A stretch of 64,000 nt of DNA from Longimicrobiales bacterium (GTDB lineage: Bacteria; Gemmatimonadota; Gemmatimonadetes; Longimicrobiales; Gaopeijiaceae): positions 224,001 through 288,000 of the forward strand of contig OZ242008.1 of the NCBI GenBank assembly GCA_965204735.1. Reading direction: 5' to 3'. The translations under genes and the position numbers were made by a program. A model generated the notes under the pieces. That model did not search any database. It was not told the DNA's origin and saw only the letters and a program-made list of their open reading frames with translations. Shown piece after piece: positions 29,112-38,704 of the stretch. Positions within the stretch are counted from its first letter, which is position 1; every line of letters begins with the position of its first letter.

Positions 29112-29760
29112 ATGATTCCGCGCCCTCTTTGGCTTGACCGCATCCAGCGCGCCTGGTCGGCCGGAAGGCGTCGGTTCACCTGTGTCCCGTCTTGTGGGAG
29201 GAGTGCGCCGGAGGCTTCGGCGCCGGTCGAGGGGGCGCAGGCGAGGAAGGCCGCGCGACCGCCGCCGACAACTCCCCGTCGGTGGTCGCCCTCGACCGAC
29301 GCCTCCTCCACGGCGGGCTGCCCGAAGTGCTCTTGGCCGAGCACCGTCCTTCGAGTCCTTCAGCGAGTGGATCGACAGCTTCTACGCACGCGACATCCTG
29401 GAGCTCTTCGCCATCCGCAACCGGCAAGGCTTCCTCGCCCTCCTTCGACTGCTTCTGCGTCGCAGCGGCGGCCAGCTCAGCTACGGTCACTTGGCCAGCC
29501 TGACGAAGACGAGCCGCCCCACGATCAAGTCCTACCTCGACGCGCTGGAAGTTGCCCACGCGGTGCACCGCCTGCGCCCCTTCAGCGGCGGAGGCTCCCG
29601 GGAAATCGTTCGGCGCCCCAAGTGCTACGCCTTCGACACCGGATTCGTCGCCTTCGAACGGGGCTGGCGCAACATCCGTCCCGACGACCGGGGCGTGCTG
29701 TGGGAGCATCTGGTCCTGGACACGCTTCGAGTCCGCCACTTGGACGAGAACGTTTGCTGC
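29112..29760 (+). pseudogene. Fragmented AAA_14/DUF4143 ATPase
   Basis: MIPRPLWLDRIQRAW, LLHGGLPE and SFYARDI...RPKCYAFDTG...WEHLVL are in three different frames; no Walker A present. Confidence 0.75.
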
Positions 29761-29932
29761 CGAACCCTACCAGCTGCGCCGAGGCGGCCTCGTCTTCACG
29801 GCGTGCGTCCCCAGCGCCGTCCCCGGCGACCCGTCGGTGGTGGCGAGCCCTGCCGCGTCCCGGGTTCTCCAGGGCGAATGACGGGGGCGCGCGTCCGACG
29901 AGCGGCGCCGCCGCGGCCGCCGCCGGCGCCGG

Positions 29933-30325
29933 TCACACGGTGCTCTGGAACACTCCTCGACCAATCGCCAAGATTCCCATCGCCATGAACGCCAGCGCCA
30001 AGAGCGCCCCGACCAAGTGGGGTCCGTAGCTCTTGGCCTCCGGCGGGCGCCGCTTGACCACCGAGCTGGTGACCTGGGCCACCGCCGCCGCGGCCAGCAT
30101 CGCGAAGAAGTGGCCCACGAGCTGGGTGTGGAACGGCCGGGTGAAGAGGACGGCCGCGCCGATCAGAATCTGCAGGTGGATCAGCCCCGCAAAGACGGAG
30201 GCCAGCCGGGCCACCGCCTGGGAGTACTCCCGCTTGCCCAGCACTCCGACGGCGGCGTAGAGAACCACGAAGAGCCCTCCCGCGAGGACCAGGAAGCGGA
30301 GGCCGGAGTGGGCTGCGAAGAGCAT
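29933..30325 (-). CDS. Small 4-TM membrane protein
   Basis: Four hydrophobic segments with His residues (AHSGLR, IHLQ, GHF). Confidence 0.7.
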   Translation of the reverse strand: MLFAAHSGLRFLVLAGGLFVVLYAAVGVLGKREYSQAVARLASVFAGLIHLQILIGAAVLFTRPFHTQLVGHFFAMLAAAAVAQVTSSVVKRRPPEAKSYGPHLVGALLALAFMAMGILAIGRGVFQSTV

Positions 30326-30374
30326 GGCGGATGGATTCCGATGAAGGCGAGGGACCGACGGGGCCGCCCCAAAG

Positions 30375-31697
30375 CTAACCCCTGTCGCATACCTCCCGGC
30401 GACTTCCGATGTGCTCGATCAGGGCTTCCGCCGCCCAGCGGTGGCCGTCGGCGTTCCAATGCCCGTCGTGAGCCCACTGGGCGTCCTCGAGCGCGGCCCC
30501 CTGCCGAAGGACGTAGTCGGCTTGGTCCACCACCGGGACGTCGACCGCCGCGGCGATCTCGCTCACCCGCGCGAACACCTTGCCGCCCATCTGCCGAACC
30601 GCGTGCGAGGCCAGGAGAACCAGCTCGGTGCCGTCCCGGTCGGCCCGCGCCTTGAACTCCTCCAGCGCGAACGACGTGTACTCCAAGGCGTCCAGGAAGA
30701 CCTCCGGCAACTCCTCCTGGGCGAACGTCTTCTCGATCTCCAGCCATCCCGTGGGGCGCCATCCTGCGAGCAGCTCGGCGTAGCGAGGGTCCTCCCGCAG
30801 CAGCTCGCCGCGCGCCTGGGAGCCTGGGAACCACTCGGAGGGTCCGGCGAAGTGCTCCGACGGCGGACGCCACGGATTCCTTCGGGCAAGCCAGCGCGCC
30901 GAGTACGAGAACCGACCAGCTTGCCAAGCGCGACCGATCCAAGAACTCGACGCGGAAGGCACGCGCAGCCGGCGTCGCCTGTGATCGGAACTCGGCGGCC
31001 GCAGCGTCAGTTCTCCGTCCGGTGTTCTCGTCGCGCCCAAGTCCCGAAGGTGTTCCGGGTCGTCCGCCGTGCGCATCGACCGGAAGAGTGGGTAGTTGTT
31101 CGAGAAGTCGTTGGGCACGAACACCAGCACCACCAGCTTGGGCCGCAAGTGCCGAGCGTACTCGTCGTAGTAGGCCAGCTGCTGGAGTTGGCCGGTAGCC
31201 GAGTACCCGAACGCCGAGGTGGTGATCCCCAGGCGGGGCAGCGCATGGGACGCCATTTCCTCCAAGCGGACCTGCAGCTTGTCGGCGATGGCCACCTCTC
31301 GGGCTTCCACGAAGGAATCGCCGATCACCGCGACGTGGCAGGCGGTGGAAGCGGCCGCCGGGCTCGGGGGCTCGCGGTCGATGAACCCGAGGCTGTTGGT
31401 GCGGGAAACGACCCAGTAGTCGAAGCCGTTCGTGTAGCGAACCTCTTCGCTGGGAACGTAGAGCGGCCCCACCCCCGGAACGTGGCGCCGTGGCGGCAAG
31501 ACGGATTCCAGGAACGGCGCTCGCGCCCGCAGGACCACTTCTGCCGCCGCCGCCGTCAGCGCCGCTCCCGCGACGACAAGCACACCGTTCCACGCCAGCA
31601 CGCGGGCCCACGTCAGCGCGCGCCGCCGACGCAAAGAAGGCTCTTCCGCCCCGCGAGGGCGGCGGCGGAAGCGGAGACCCGACCGAGCGAAGGGCAT
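30375..31697 (-). CDS. SGNH/GDSL hydrolase-like membrane-anchored protein (start uncertain)
   Basis: N-terminal TM; TNSLGFID, IGDSFVE, PND, DGHWNADGH. Confidence 0.75.
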   Translation of the reverse strand: MPFARSGLRFRRRPRGAEEPSLRRRRALTWARVLAWNGVLVVAGAALTAAAAEVVLRARAPFLESVLPPRRHVPGVGPLYVPSEEVRYTNGFDYWVVSRTNSLGFIDREPPSPAAASTACHVAVIGDSFVEAREVAIADKLQVRLEEMASHALPRLGITTSAFGYSATGQLQQLAYYDEYARHLRPKLVVLVFVPNDFSNNYPLFRSMRTADDPEHLRDLGATRTPDGELTLRPPSSDHRRRRLRVPSASSSWIGRAWQAGRFSYSARWLARRNPWRPPSEHFAGPSEWFPGSQARGELLREDPRYAELLAGWRPTGWLEIEKTFAQEELPEVFLDALEYTSFALEEFKARADRDGTELVLLASHAVRQMGGKVFARVSEIAAAVDVPVVDQADYVLRQGAALEDAQWAHDGHWNADGHRWAAEALIEHIGSRREVCDRG

Positions 31698-31969
31698 GGG
31701 CGTAAGGGGGTTCGCGAGCGACGCGGTAAACGAGGCAGAGGCACGCAACGGCTGCTGCCCGTTAGCTTGCGGCTCCTGGAAAGCTGGGGCAAATCGTTCG
31801 CGGACGCCGGCGGCTCGGGACATTCTTACCGAGATCGAGCCGCTGTAAGGGCGTCGGCGGCGGGCCGGGGCCCCTCCTCGGGAAGGCCGTTCGCGCTCTC
31901 GGCCGGCTGCGACGCGGCCCAAGGTCCTTCGCCTTGCTCCCCCTCGGCCCTCCGCCGTACCCTCTTGCC

Positions 31970-33052
31970 ATGTTCAAGACCGGCTACATCCTCAGCCCCA
32001 GGGCCGATTCCGTCTGGTTTCTGGGGCTGCCGTTCGCGGCGGTGGCGCTGGCCCTGGGCTTCCAGGCGTGGCTTCCCTACGTGGCCGTCGCGTCGATCAA
32101 CCTGTGGGTGACCACGCCCCACCACTACGCCACGTGGGTTCGCAGCTACGGGATGCCGGAAGTGTGGGAGCGCTTCAGGACGCGGCTGATCGTCGGGCCC
32201 GTGGCGATCTTCTCCCTGACCGCCGCGGGGCTCGTCTGGGCGCCGATCACTCTTCTCCTGCTCGTGTCGGCGTGGGACCACCAGCACAGCATCATGCAGC
32301 AGCACGGCTTCAGCCGGGTCTACGACTTCAAGGCCGGCACCGGCTTGGCCAGCACCCGCCGCTACGACTTGGCCCTTCACTGGATCCTCTACGGCAACAT
32401 GTTCCTCCAGGCGCCCATGTTCCGCTTCCTGTGGATCCGCGAGCTCCACCGGATGCACGTTCCCATCTCGGCGGGGTTCGTGGAGGGAGTGCTGGTGGCA
32501 AGCTGGGTGGTCGTCGCGGCGTACGCCGTCGTGTACCTGCTGCACGTCCGCAGGACCCTGCGCTCCGGCGGCTCGATCAACCCGGTCAAGTACGCCTTCA
32601 TCGCGGCCAGCTACTTCCTCTGGTACTACGTGGCGTGGCACACCAACTCGATCCTGCTCTACGCCGTGGCCCATCGGGTTATGCACGGAGTCCAGTACAT
32701 GGTCATGGTGTACGCCTTCATGCGACGCTCGGCGGCCACGGGCGCCTCCCGGCCCGGACTCTGGAGCCGGCTCGTCGGTTCCGGCCGACTCCGTTGGTTC
32801 CTGATCCTGGGAGGCGCCTACGCCGTCGCCTTCCAGCTTCTCATCAACCGTCCGCTGGACGAATTCGGCTTCGGCGTGGTCAACTTCGCGCCCTACCCCG
32901 CCATCCCCCAGTTCAACATCCCGGCCTTGGACTACGCCGGCGGCTACGAGCTCTGGTCCCAGATGATGCTCTACGCCTACGCCCTCCTGCACTACTACGT
33001 GGACTCGTTCATCTGGAAAGTGCGGGACAAGCAGGTGCAAGAGGGGCTGTAG
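31970..33052 (+). CDS. Multi-pass membrane protein with His clusters, function unknown
   Basis: PHHYATW, DHQHSIMQ, HRVMHGVQY, LHYYVDSFIW. Confidence 0.8.
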   Translation: MFKTGYILSPRADSVWFLGLPFAAVALALGFQAWLPYVAVASINLWVTTPHHYATWVRSYGMPEVWERFRTRLIVGPVAIFSLTAAGLVWAPITLLLLVSAWDHQHSIMQQHGFSRVYDFKAGTGLASTRRYDLALHWILYGNMFLQAPMFRFLWIRELHRMHVPISAGFVEGVLVASWVVVAAYAVVYLLHVRRTLRSGGSINPVKYAFIAASYFLWYYVAWHTNSILLYAVAHRVMHGVQYMVMVYAFMRRSAATGASRPGLWSRLVGSGRLRWFLILGGAYAVAFQLLINRPLDEFGFGVVNFAPYPAIPQFNIPALDYAGGYELWSQMMLYAYALLHYYVDSFIWKVRDKQVQEGL

Positions 33053-33056
33053 CAGG

Positions 33057-33743
33057 ATGACCGTCCGTCGCTTGCGCGCCGTCTTCCAGCGCTACCGCAT
33101 CCTCTTCGTGATCTACGGCGTCGGGACGGTCGTCGGGTTGCGGGAGTGCTACTTGGCCCGAGCCGGCGAGTCCGTGGAGTGGGGCAGCGAGCGGTGGACC
33201 GAGATGACCGCAGTCGTCTCCCAACTCAACCCCGCCGACCCCGACACCGATTTCCTGGAAGGCGTCCAGTCGATGGTCGAGGGGGACGGGCAGGGGCTGG
33301 TCGCCCACTTCGAGGACGCCCTGGAGTCCGGGGCGAAGCACAACGAGTTCCTGTTGCGGGACTACGCCCAGCACCTCTTGGAGACGGGCGCGGGGTGGCG
33401 GAAGGTGAACGCCGCGGCCAACCGGTGGCGACGGAACCACCCGTTCTCCGACGAAGTCCTCTCGCTCTCGCTGGGGGCCGGTCCGCGCACGCAGGGCGAC
33501 GTCTCGACGCTGCACCGGGAGCTGCGGGCGGTGCCCTGGATCGGCGGCGCCCGGTTGGAGCAGTACGAGGACGCCGGCCGTCGGCGGTGGCGCGTCCACC
33601 TTTCCTTCCGCCCGCCCCGGACGGTGGACGTGCGGGAGGCAGTGGCGGCGGTGTCGATCCTGGCGGTGCCGGAAGGCGACCGGGCGACGCACCGGGTCGC
33701 GTGCCGGACGCTGACCGAGTGCACGGTGTCGCGACGGCAGTAG
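33057..33743 (+). CDS. Hypothetical membrane-anchored protein
   Basis: Starts 4 nt after upstream stop; N-terminal hydrophobic segment; GC3-rich codons. Confidence 0.7.
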   Translation: MTVRRLRAVFQRYRILFVIYGVGTVVGLRECYLARAGESVEWGSERWTEMTAVVSQLNPADPDTDFLEGVQSMVEGDGQGLVAHFEDALESGAKHNEFLLRDYAQHLLETGAGWRKVNAAANRWRRNHPFSDEVLSLSLGAGPRTQGDVSTLHRELRAVPWIGGARLEQYEDAGRRRWRVHLSFRPPRTVDVREAVAAVSILAVPEGDRATHRVACRTLTECTVSRRQ

Positions 33744-33774
33744 GCGCAGAGGCGGCCTCGTGCTCTCGGGCCCG

Positions 33775-35634
33775 TGTCGTACCAATTTAGAAATGTCCGG
33801 TCTTACCAAGATAGAAATGTCCTCTTTCGGGCGATGTTCGGCGGGAGTCGAACTCGTGCCCGGGAGAGGAGCGAATGGAGTTGAGCTTGAAGGAGCGGGA
33901 CCGGATCTCGGTGTTGAGGCAGGTGAGCGAAGGCGTGCTGGCGGCGGCCGACGGCGCGGCGCGCTTCGGGGTGACGGAGCGTCACTTCCGGCGCGTGCGC
34001 CGCCGGTTCGAGGCGGCGGGCGACGAGGTGGTCGTGCACGGGCTCCGGGGTCGGAGGTCGAACCGGTCGCTGCCGTCGGAGACGCGGGAGCAGGTGCTGG
34101 TCATGGCCAGGGACCCCGACTACGCCGACTTCGGCGCCACGTTTCTGGCGGAGCACGTCGAGCGGGAGCTGGGCGTGCGCGTCAGCGCGGAGACGCTGCG
34201 GGCATGGCGGAAGGGCGCGGGCTTGTGGCAGCGCAAGCGCAAGCGGGCGAAGCACCGGCGCCGACGGCCGCGTCGCGCCGCGCGGGGCGAGCTGCTCCAG
34301 TGGGACAGCTCGGTTCACGCCTGGCTTGAAGACCGGGGGCCGCCCGACCTCGTGCTGATCGCGCTGCACGACGACGCGACGAGCGGGTTCATGCACGGTC
34401 GCTTCGTCGAGCGCGACACGGGCGCCGCGAATCGGCGAGCGATCGTCGAGTGCCTCGAACGCCACGGCCGTCCGAGGGCGGTGTACGTGGACCACGCGGG
34501 CCACTTCGGGCAGCGCCTCGGCCCGGAGGGCAAGCGGACCCGGACGATCATCGGCACGGCGCTGGAGAAGCTGGGCGTCGAGGTGGTCCTGGCGAACTCG
34601 CCGCAGGCGAAGGGCCGGGTCGAGCGGACGTTCGGCACGGCGCAGGACCGGCTGGTCAAAGAGATGCGCTTGGCGCGAGTCACCACGCTCGAGGCGGCGA
34701 ACCGCTACTTGGAGGAGCGGTGGGTTCCGTTCTGGAACGAACGCTTCACGGTGGCGCCGGCCGATCCCCTCGACGCCCATCGCCCGCTGCCTCAGGACAT
34801 CGATCTGGAAGCCCTCTTCGCCGAGACGGACACGCGGGTCGTGGCCCGCGACTTCACCGTGCGCTTCGAGAACCGCTTCTGGCAGGTCACGGCCCGCGAC
34901 GCCGAGGCGGCCGGCGTCGCGCCGGGCTCCCCCGTCGTCGTCGAACGGCGCCTCTCGGGCGAGCTGCGCTTCCGGCATCGCGGCTGCTACCTGACGCCCA
35001 AGGCCTTGGGGGCGGTCCGGTCGGCGACGCCCAAGCCGGCGCCGGCGCCCGCGACGGCCAAGCCCAGGCCCAAGCCGCCGAAGCCGGGAAGGGATCACCC
35101 GTGGCGCAAGCACTTCAGCGCCAGCGTGGCCCAGGCCGTGGCCAAGCGGGAACACCGCGCCGCCCACTCCAACGGGACCGGTCCCGAGCGGTGCAGGACC
35201 TCGTCCTGAGCCTGCAGGCGGGGACGGCAGCTCGCACTCCCCTTCCCGCAAAGGTCGGACGCGACCGCAGTGTCGGCATCCGTGCCTCCGAGGCTTGCCG
35301 GCGCTGCGCAGGTCGCTCGGCGCACCACGACCGTCCGAGCTGGCAGGCTCAGTGCGAACTGCGAGCCATCGGGGCAGCAGTGTCCGGACCCGTCCGCGTT
35401 GGCGTCCACCCGGCCAGAGCTTGGCCACGGCGACGACCTCGACTCGCCCGGCCGCCACTGGCCTTGAAGCGCCTGGAACAGGGCGCCCGGCGCCGTCCAG
35501 CCCAGGCTTGCTGGATCCGCGTGTCCTGCGCCCGACACCTGGCCCCCGGCCTCAGGAAGAACCCACCGTCCACACCATCAGGGGGGACATTTCTACTTTG
35601 GCCAACTACCGGACATTTCTACTTTGGCTTGACA
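33775..35634 (+). mobile_element. IS1202-family (ISNCY) insertion sequence with 17-bp target duplication
   Basis: TGT...ACA ends; TAGAAATGTCC at 33788 and 33812, inverted GGACATTTCTA at 35585 and 35611; DR TCGTGCTCTCGGGCCCG at 33758-33774 and 35635-35651. Confidence 0.92.
33875..35209 (+). CDS. ISNCY/IS1202 family DDE transposase
   Basis: HGLRGRRSN, GELLQWDSS, HDDATS, YVDH, ANSPQAKGRVERTFGTAQDRL. Confidence 0.92.
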   Translation: MELSLKERDRISVLRQVSEGVLAAADGAARFGVTERHFRRVRRRFEAAGDEVVVHGLRGRRSNRSLPSETREQVLVMARDPDYADFGATFLAEHVERELGVRVSAETLRAWRKGAGLWQRKRKRAKHRRRRPRRAARGELLQWDSSVHAWLEDRGPPDLVLIALHDDATSGFMHGRFVERDTGAANRRAIVECLERHGRPRAVYVDHAGHFGQRLGPEGKRTRTIIGTALEKLGVEVVLANSPQAKGRVERTFGTAQDRLVKEMRLARVTTLEAANRYLEERWVPFWNERFTVAPADPLDAHRPLPQDIDLEALFAETDTRVVARDFTVRFENRFWQVTARDAEAAGVAPGSPVVVERRLSGELRFRHRGCYLTPKALGAVRSATPKPAPAPATAKPRPKPPKPGRDHPWRKHFSASVAQAVAKREHRAAHSNGTGPERCRTSS

Positions 35635-35780
35635 TCGTGCTCTCGGGCCCGACTTGCGCCCCTGCCCTCTGGTCCCCACTGTGTCCAGCGACGGCCGACG
35701 GTCAAGTTGCCGCTCGGAAGAGCCGGGCGGCATTGCAGCACTTGGAAGGCCAGCTGCCTTCCGCAGCAATAGGAGGACCC

Positions 35781-38690
35781 ATGCGACGACTAGGGTTCGG
35801 AAGCGCCCCGCTCGCGACGGGGCTCTGCGCGACGCTCGTTCTCGTCCTTGCCGGGACGGGCGGAGCCGCGGCCCAGGCGGGCACGGTGACCGGAAGCGTC
35901 CGCGACGCCGTCAGCCTCGCTCCACTTCCCGGCGCTCAGATGTCCGTCGTGGGCACGGAGCTCGGAGGACTGGCCAACAACGTCGGCCGGTACCTGATCC
36001 TCAACGTGCCCGCCGGCCAGCACACGGTGCGCGTGGACATCATCGGCTACGGGAGCCGGGAGATCACCGTCACCGTTCCGGCCGGGGGCGCCGCCACGGC
36101 GGACTTCGACATCCGGGAAGAGGCGCTGGCCCTGGAAGGCGTGGTCGTGACCGGCACGGCAGGCTCGGCACGGCGCCGAGAAGTCGGCAACGCCATCAGC
36201 GGGATCGACGCCACCGACATCGAGCTCACCGCCATCACCGACATGGGCGACGTGCTCCAGGGGCGCGCGACCGGCATCCAGGTCAACGACCACAGCGGCC
36301 AAGTGGGGGCCGCCAGCCAGATCCGCCTCCGGGGCAACAACTCCATGACCCAGGGCAACAACCCGCTGATCTACGTGGACGGTGTCAGGATCGAAGGCAG
36401 TCCCATCGGCGCCGACGACGAAGGCGCCCAGACTCCCGGCGCGCTGGACATGATCAACCCGGCGGACATCGAGCGCATGGAGGTGATCAAGGGACCGGCC
36501 GCAACCACCCTCTACGGCACCGAGGCGTCGGGCGGGGTGATCCAGATCTTCACCAAGCGCGGCGTGCCCGGAGCGCCTGCGTGGCGGTTCTCGGTGGAGC
36601 AGGGAGTGAGCGTAATGCCCCACCAAGGGCCGTCGGCGGACGTGAACCCGTCTGGGCTCTTCCTCAACACCTGCCGGGATCCGGGCATCCTCAACCACCA
36701 GACCGGCGAGACGGGAGTGGACGAGCCGGGCTGTCCCGCCAACAACAGCTGGTTCCGCAACGCCCACCACCAAGTCTACAACCTCAGCGTTCGCGGCGGC
36801 GGCGAGACGGCCACGTACTTCGTCTCGGGACAGTACGGCGACCGGCAGGGCGTGGTGGCGCCGCAGGGGGCCACCAACTACAGCATCCGCGCCAACGTTT
36901 CGTTCCAGCCCATGGACGGCTTGGACATCCGCCTCAACAGTCATTACGCCCGCCGGAACATCACGTGGATCCCCAACGGCAACAACGCATCGGGCCTGTA
37001 CCTCAACGTGCTTAGGGGGACCCGCGGCTACACGCCCGGCAACGACGACTCGCTGGTCCTGGAGAACGACATCTTCACCCACATCGACCAGTACATCACC
37101 GGCTTGGCCGTCAACTGGTCGCCTACTCCCGACTTTTCGCACCGGCTGAACGTAGGAGTCGACTACACGTCCTCCGACTTCATCGACTTCAAGGGCTGGG
37201 GCTTCTACGAGGAAGCCACCGGCGACCGCGAGATCGATCAGCAGTTCGACCGAAACCTGACCTTCGACTACAGCGGCACGTACAGCTACAGCCCGTTCGA
37301 GCAGTTCTCTTCCAGCTTGTCGTGGGGCGGACAGGTCTACGAAGAGTTCGGCTACGTGCTCAACGGCTTCGACGAACTCTTTGCAGGACCCGGGGAACAG
37401 GTGCTGGGCGACGGCAACAATCCGCGCGTGTTCGAGGGTCGGGTCACGGTCCGCAGCGGCGGCTTCTTTCTTCAAGAGGTTGTCGGATTCCAGGACAAGT
37501 TCTTCCTGACCGGCGGCGTGCGCTGGGACGGCTTCAGCACCTTCGGCGAGGGCTTCGGTCTGGCCGCGTACCCAAAGCTGCAGGGATCGTACCTGCTCTC
37601 CGACGAGAGCTTCTTCGCCTTCGATTGGGTCGATTCCTTCAAGCTTCGAGCGGCTTGGGGACGATCGGGGAAGGCCCCGGGAGCCTTTGCCGCCAAGCGC
37701 ACCTACGAGGCGACTTCCGCCGACGAGCAGGTGCCGGCCGTGATCATCTCCAACTTGGGGAACGCCGACTTGGGCCCGGAGATCTCCGAAGAGCTGGAGT
37801 TCGGAGCCGACGCGTCCTTCCTCGACGGCAGGGTGTCGGTCGAGTTCACGGTGTTCGACCAAACCACCAAGGAAGCGCTGATCAACGTTCAGGAAGCGCC
37901 GTCGAACGGCACCGAAGAAGCGACTTGGTACAACCTTGGCGAGGTGCAGAACTGGGGAACCGAGGCCGTTCTGCACTTCGTTCCAGTCCGCACGGACGAC
38001 ATCGAGTGGGACGTGGCGTTCAACTACACGACCAACGACAGCGAGATCACCGACCTGGGTCCCCTTGAGGACCTGGGCACGACGCGGCAGAGGGGCTTGC
38101 CCCTGTGGATTCAGTGGGACGACATCCTCCAGAACCCGGACGCCGTGGGCGAGTTGCCCGAATACGAGAAGGGCTACATCGGCAACCTCTTCCCGACTTC
38201 GACCCTGGGCATCAACACGCGGCTGACCTTGTGGCACGACCTGACGCTGGACGTGGTGGGCGAAGGGCAATACGGGATGGTGAGGCCGATCGGGATCGCC
38301 TACCAGAACGTTCGCCGCCGGGTCTGGCCCGGCGACGGGTGCCCCGGCATTCAGGACGTCTGGTACGGAGGCGGCGATCGTGGGACCCTTACCGCCGCCG
38401 AAGTGGCTCGTTGCGTCGGGCCGTACTCGGATCAAGGAGTCTGGACCGACCCGGCCGACTTCTTCAAGATCCGGTCGGCGTCGCTCACCTACAGGCTCCC
38501 GGAGGGGTTGGTGCCTGGCACCAGAAGCGCCCAGATCGGGATATCCGGAAAGAACCTCCTTACGTTCACGGACTACAGGGGACTCGACCCGGAGGCCAAC
38601 GACAACGGCTACGGGGATTCGACGCCGAACGAGTACTACAACATGGCCCCGCCGCGCGTGTTCATCCTCAACTTCGCCTTTAACTTCTGA
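35781..38690 (+). CDS. SusC/RagA family TonB-linked receptor (2)
   Basis: AGGAGG RBS then ATG 35781; plug motifs; C-terminal F. Confidence 0.92.
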   Translation: MRRLGFGSAPLATGLCATLVLVLAGTGGAAAQAGTVTGSVRDAVSLAPLPGAQMSVVGTELGGLANNVGRYLILNVPAGQHTVRVDIIGYGSREITVTVPAGGAATADFDIREEALALEGVVVTGTAGSARRREVGNAISGIDATDIELTAITDMGDVLQGRATGIQVNDHSGQVGAASQIRLRGNNSMTQGNNPLIYVDGVRIEGSPIGADDEGAQTPGALDMINPADIERMEVIKGPAATTLYGTEASGGVIQIFTKRGVPGAPAWRFSVEQGVSVMPHQGPSADVNPSGLFLNTCRDPGILNHQTGETGVDEPGCPANNSWFRNAHHQVYNLSVRGGGETATYFVSGQYGDRQGVVAPQGATNYSIRANVSFQPMDGLDIRLNSHYARRNITWIPNGNNASGLYLNVLRGTRGYTPGNDDSLVLENDIFTHIDQYITGLAVNWSPTPDFSHRLNVGVDYTSSDFIDFKGWGFYEEATGDREIDQQFDRNLTFDYSGTYSYSPFEQFSSSLSWGGQVYEEFGYVLNGFDELFAGPGEQVLGDGNNPRVFEGRVTVRSGGFFLQEVVGFQDKFFLTGGVRWDGFSTFGEGFGLAAYPKLQGSYLLSDESFFAFDWVDSFKLRAAWGRSGKAPGAFAAKRTYEATSADEQVPAVIISNLGNADLGPEISEELEFGADASFLDGRVSVEFTVFDQTTKEALINVQEAPSNGTEEATWYNLGEVQNWGTEAVLHFVPVRTDDIEWDVAFNYTTNDSEITDLGPLEDLGTTRQRGLPLWIQWDDILQNPDAVGELPEYEKGYIGNLFPTSTLGINTRLTLWHDLTLDVVGEGQYGMVRPIGIAYQNVRRRVWPGDGCPGIQDVWYGGGDRGTLTAAEVARCVGPYSDQGVWTDPADFFKIRSASLTYRLPEGLVPGTRSAQIGISGKNLLTFTDYRGLDPEANDNGYGDSTPNEYYNMAPPRVFILNFAFNF

Positions 38691-38704
38691 TGAGGAGGAT
38701 GAAG

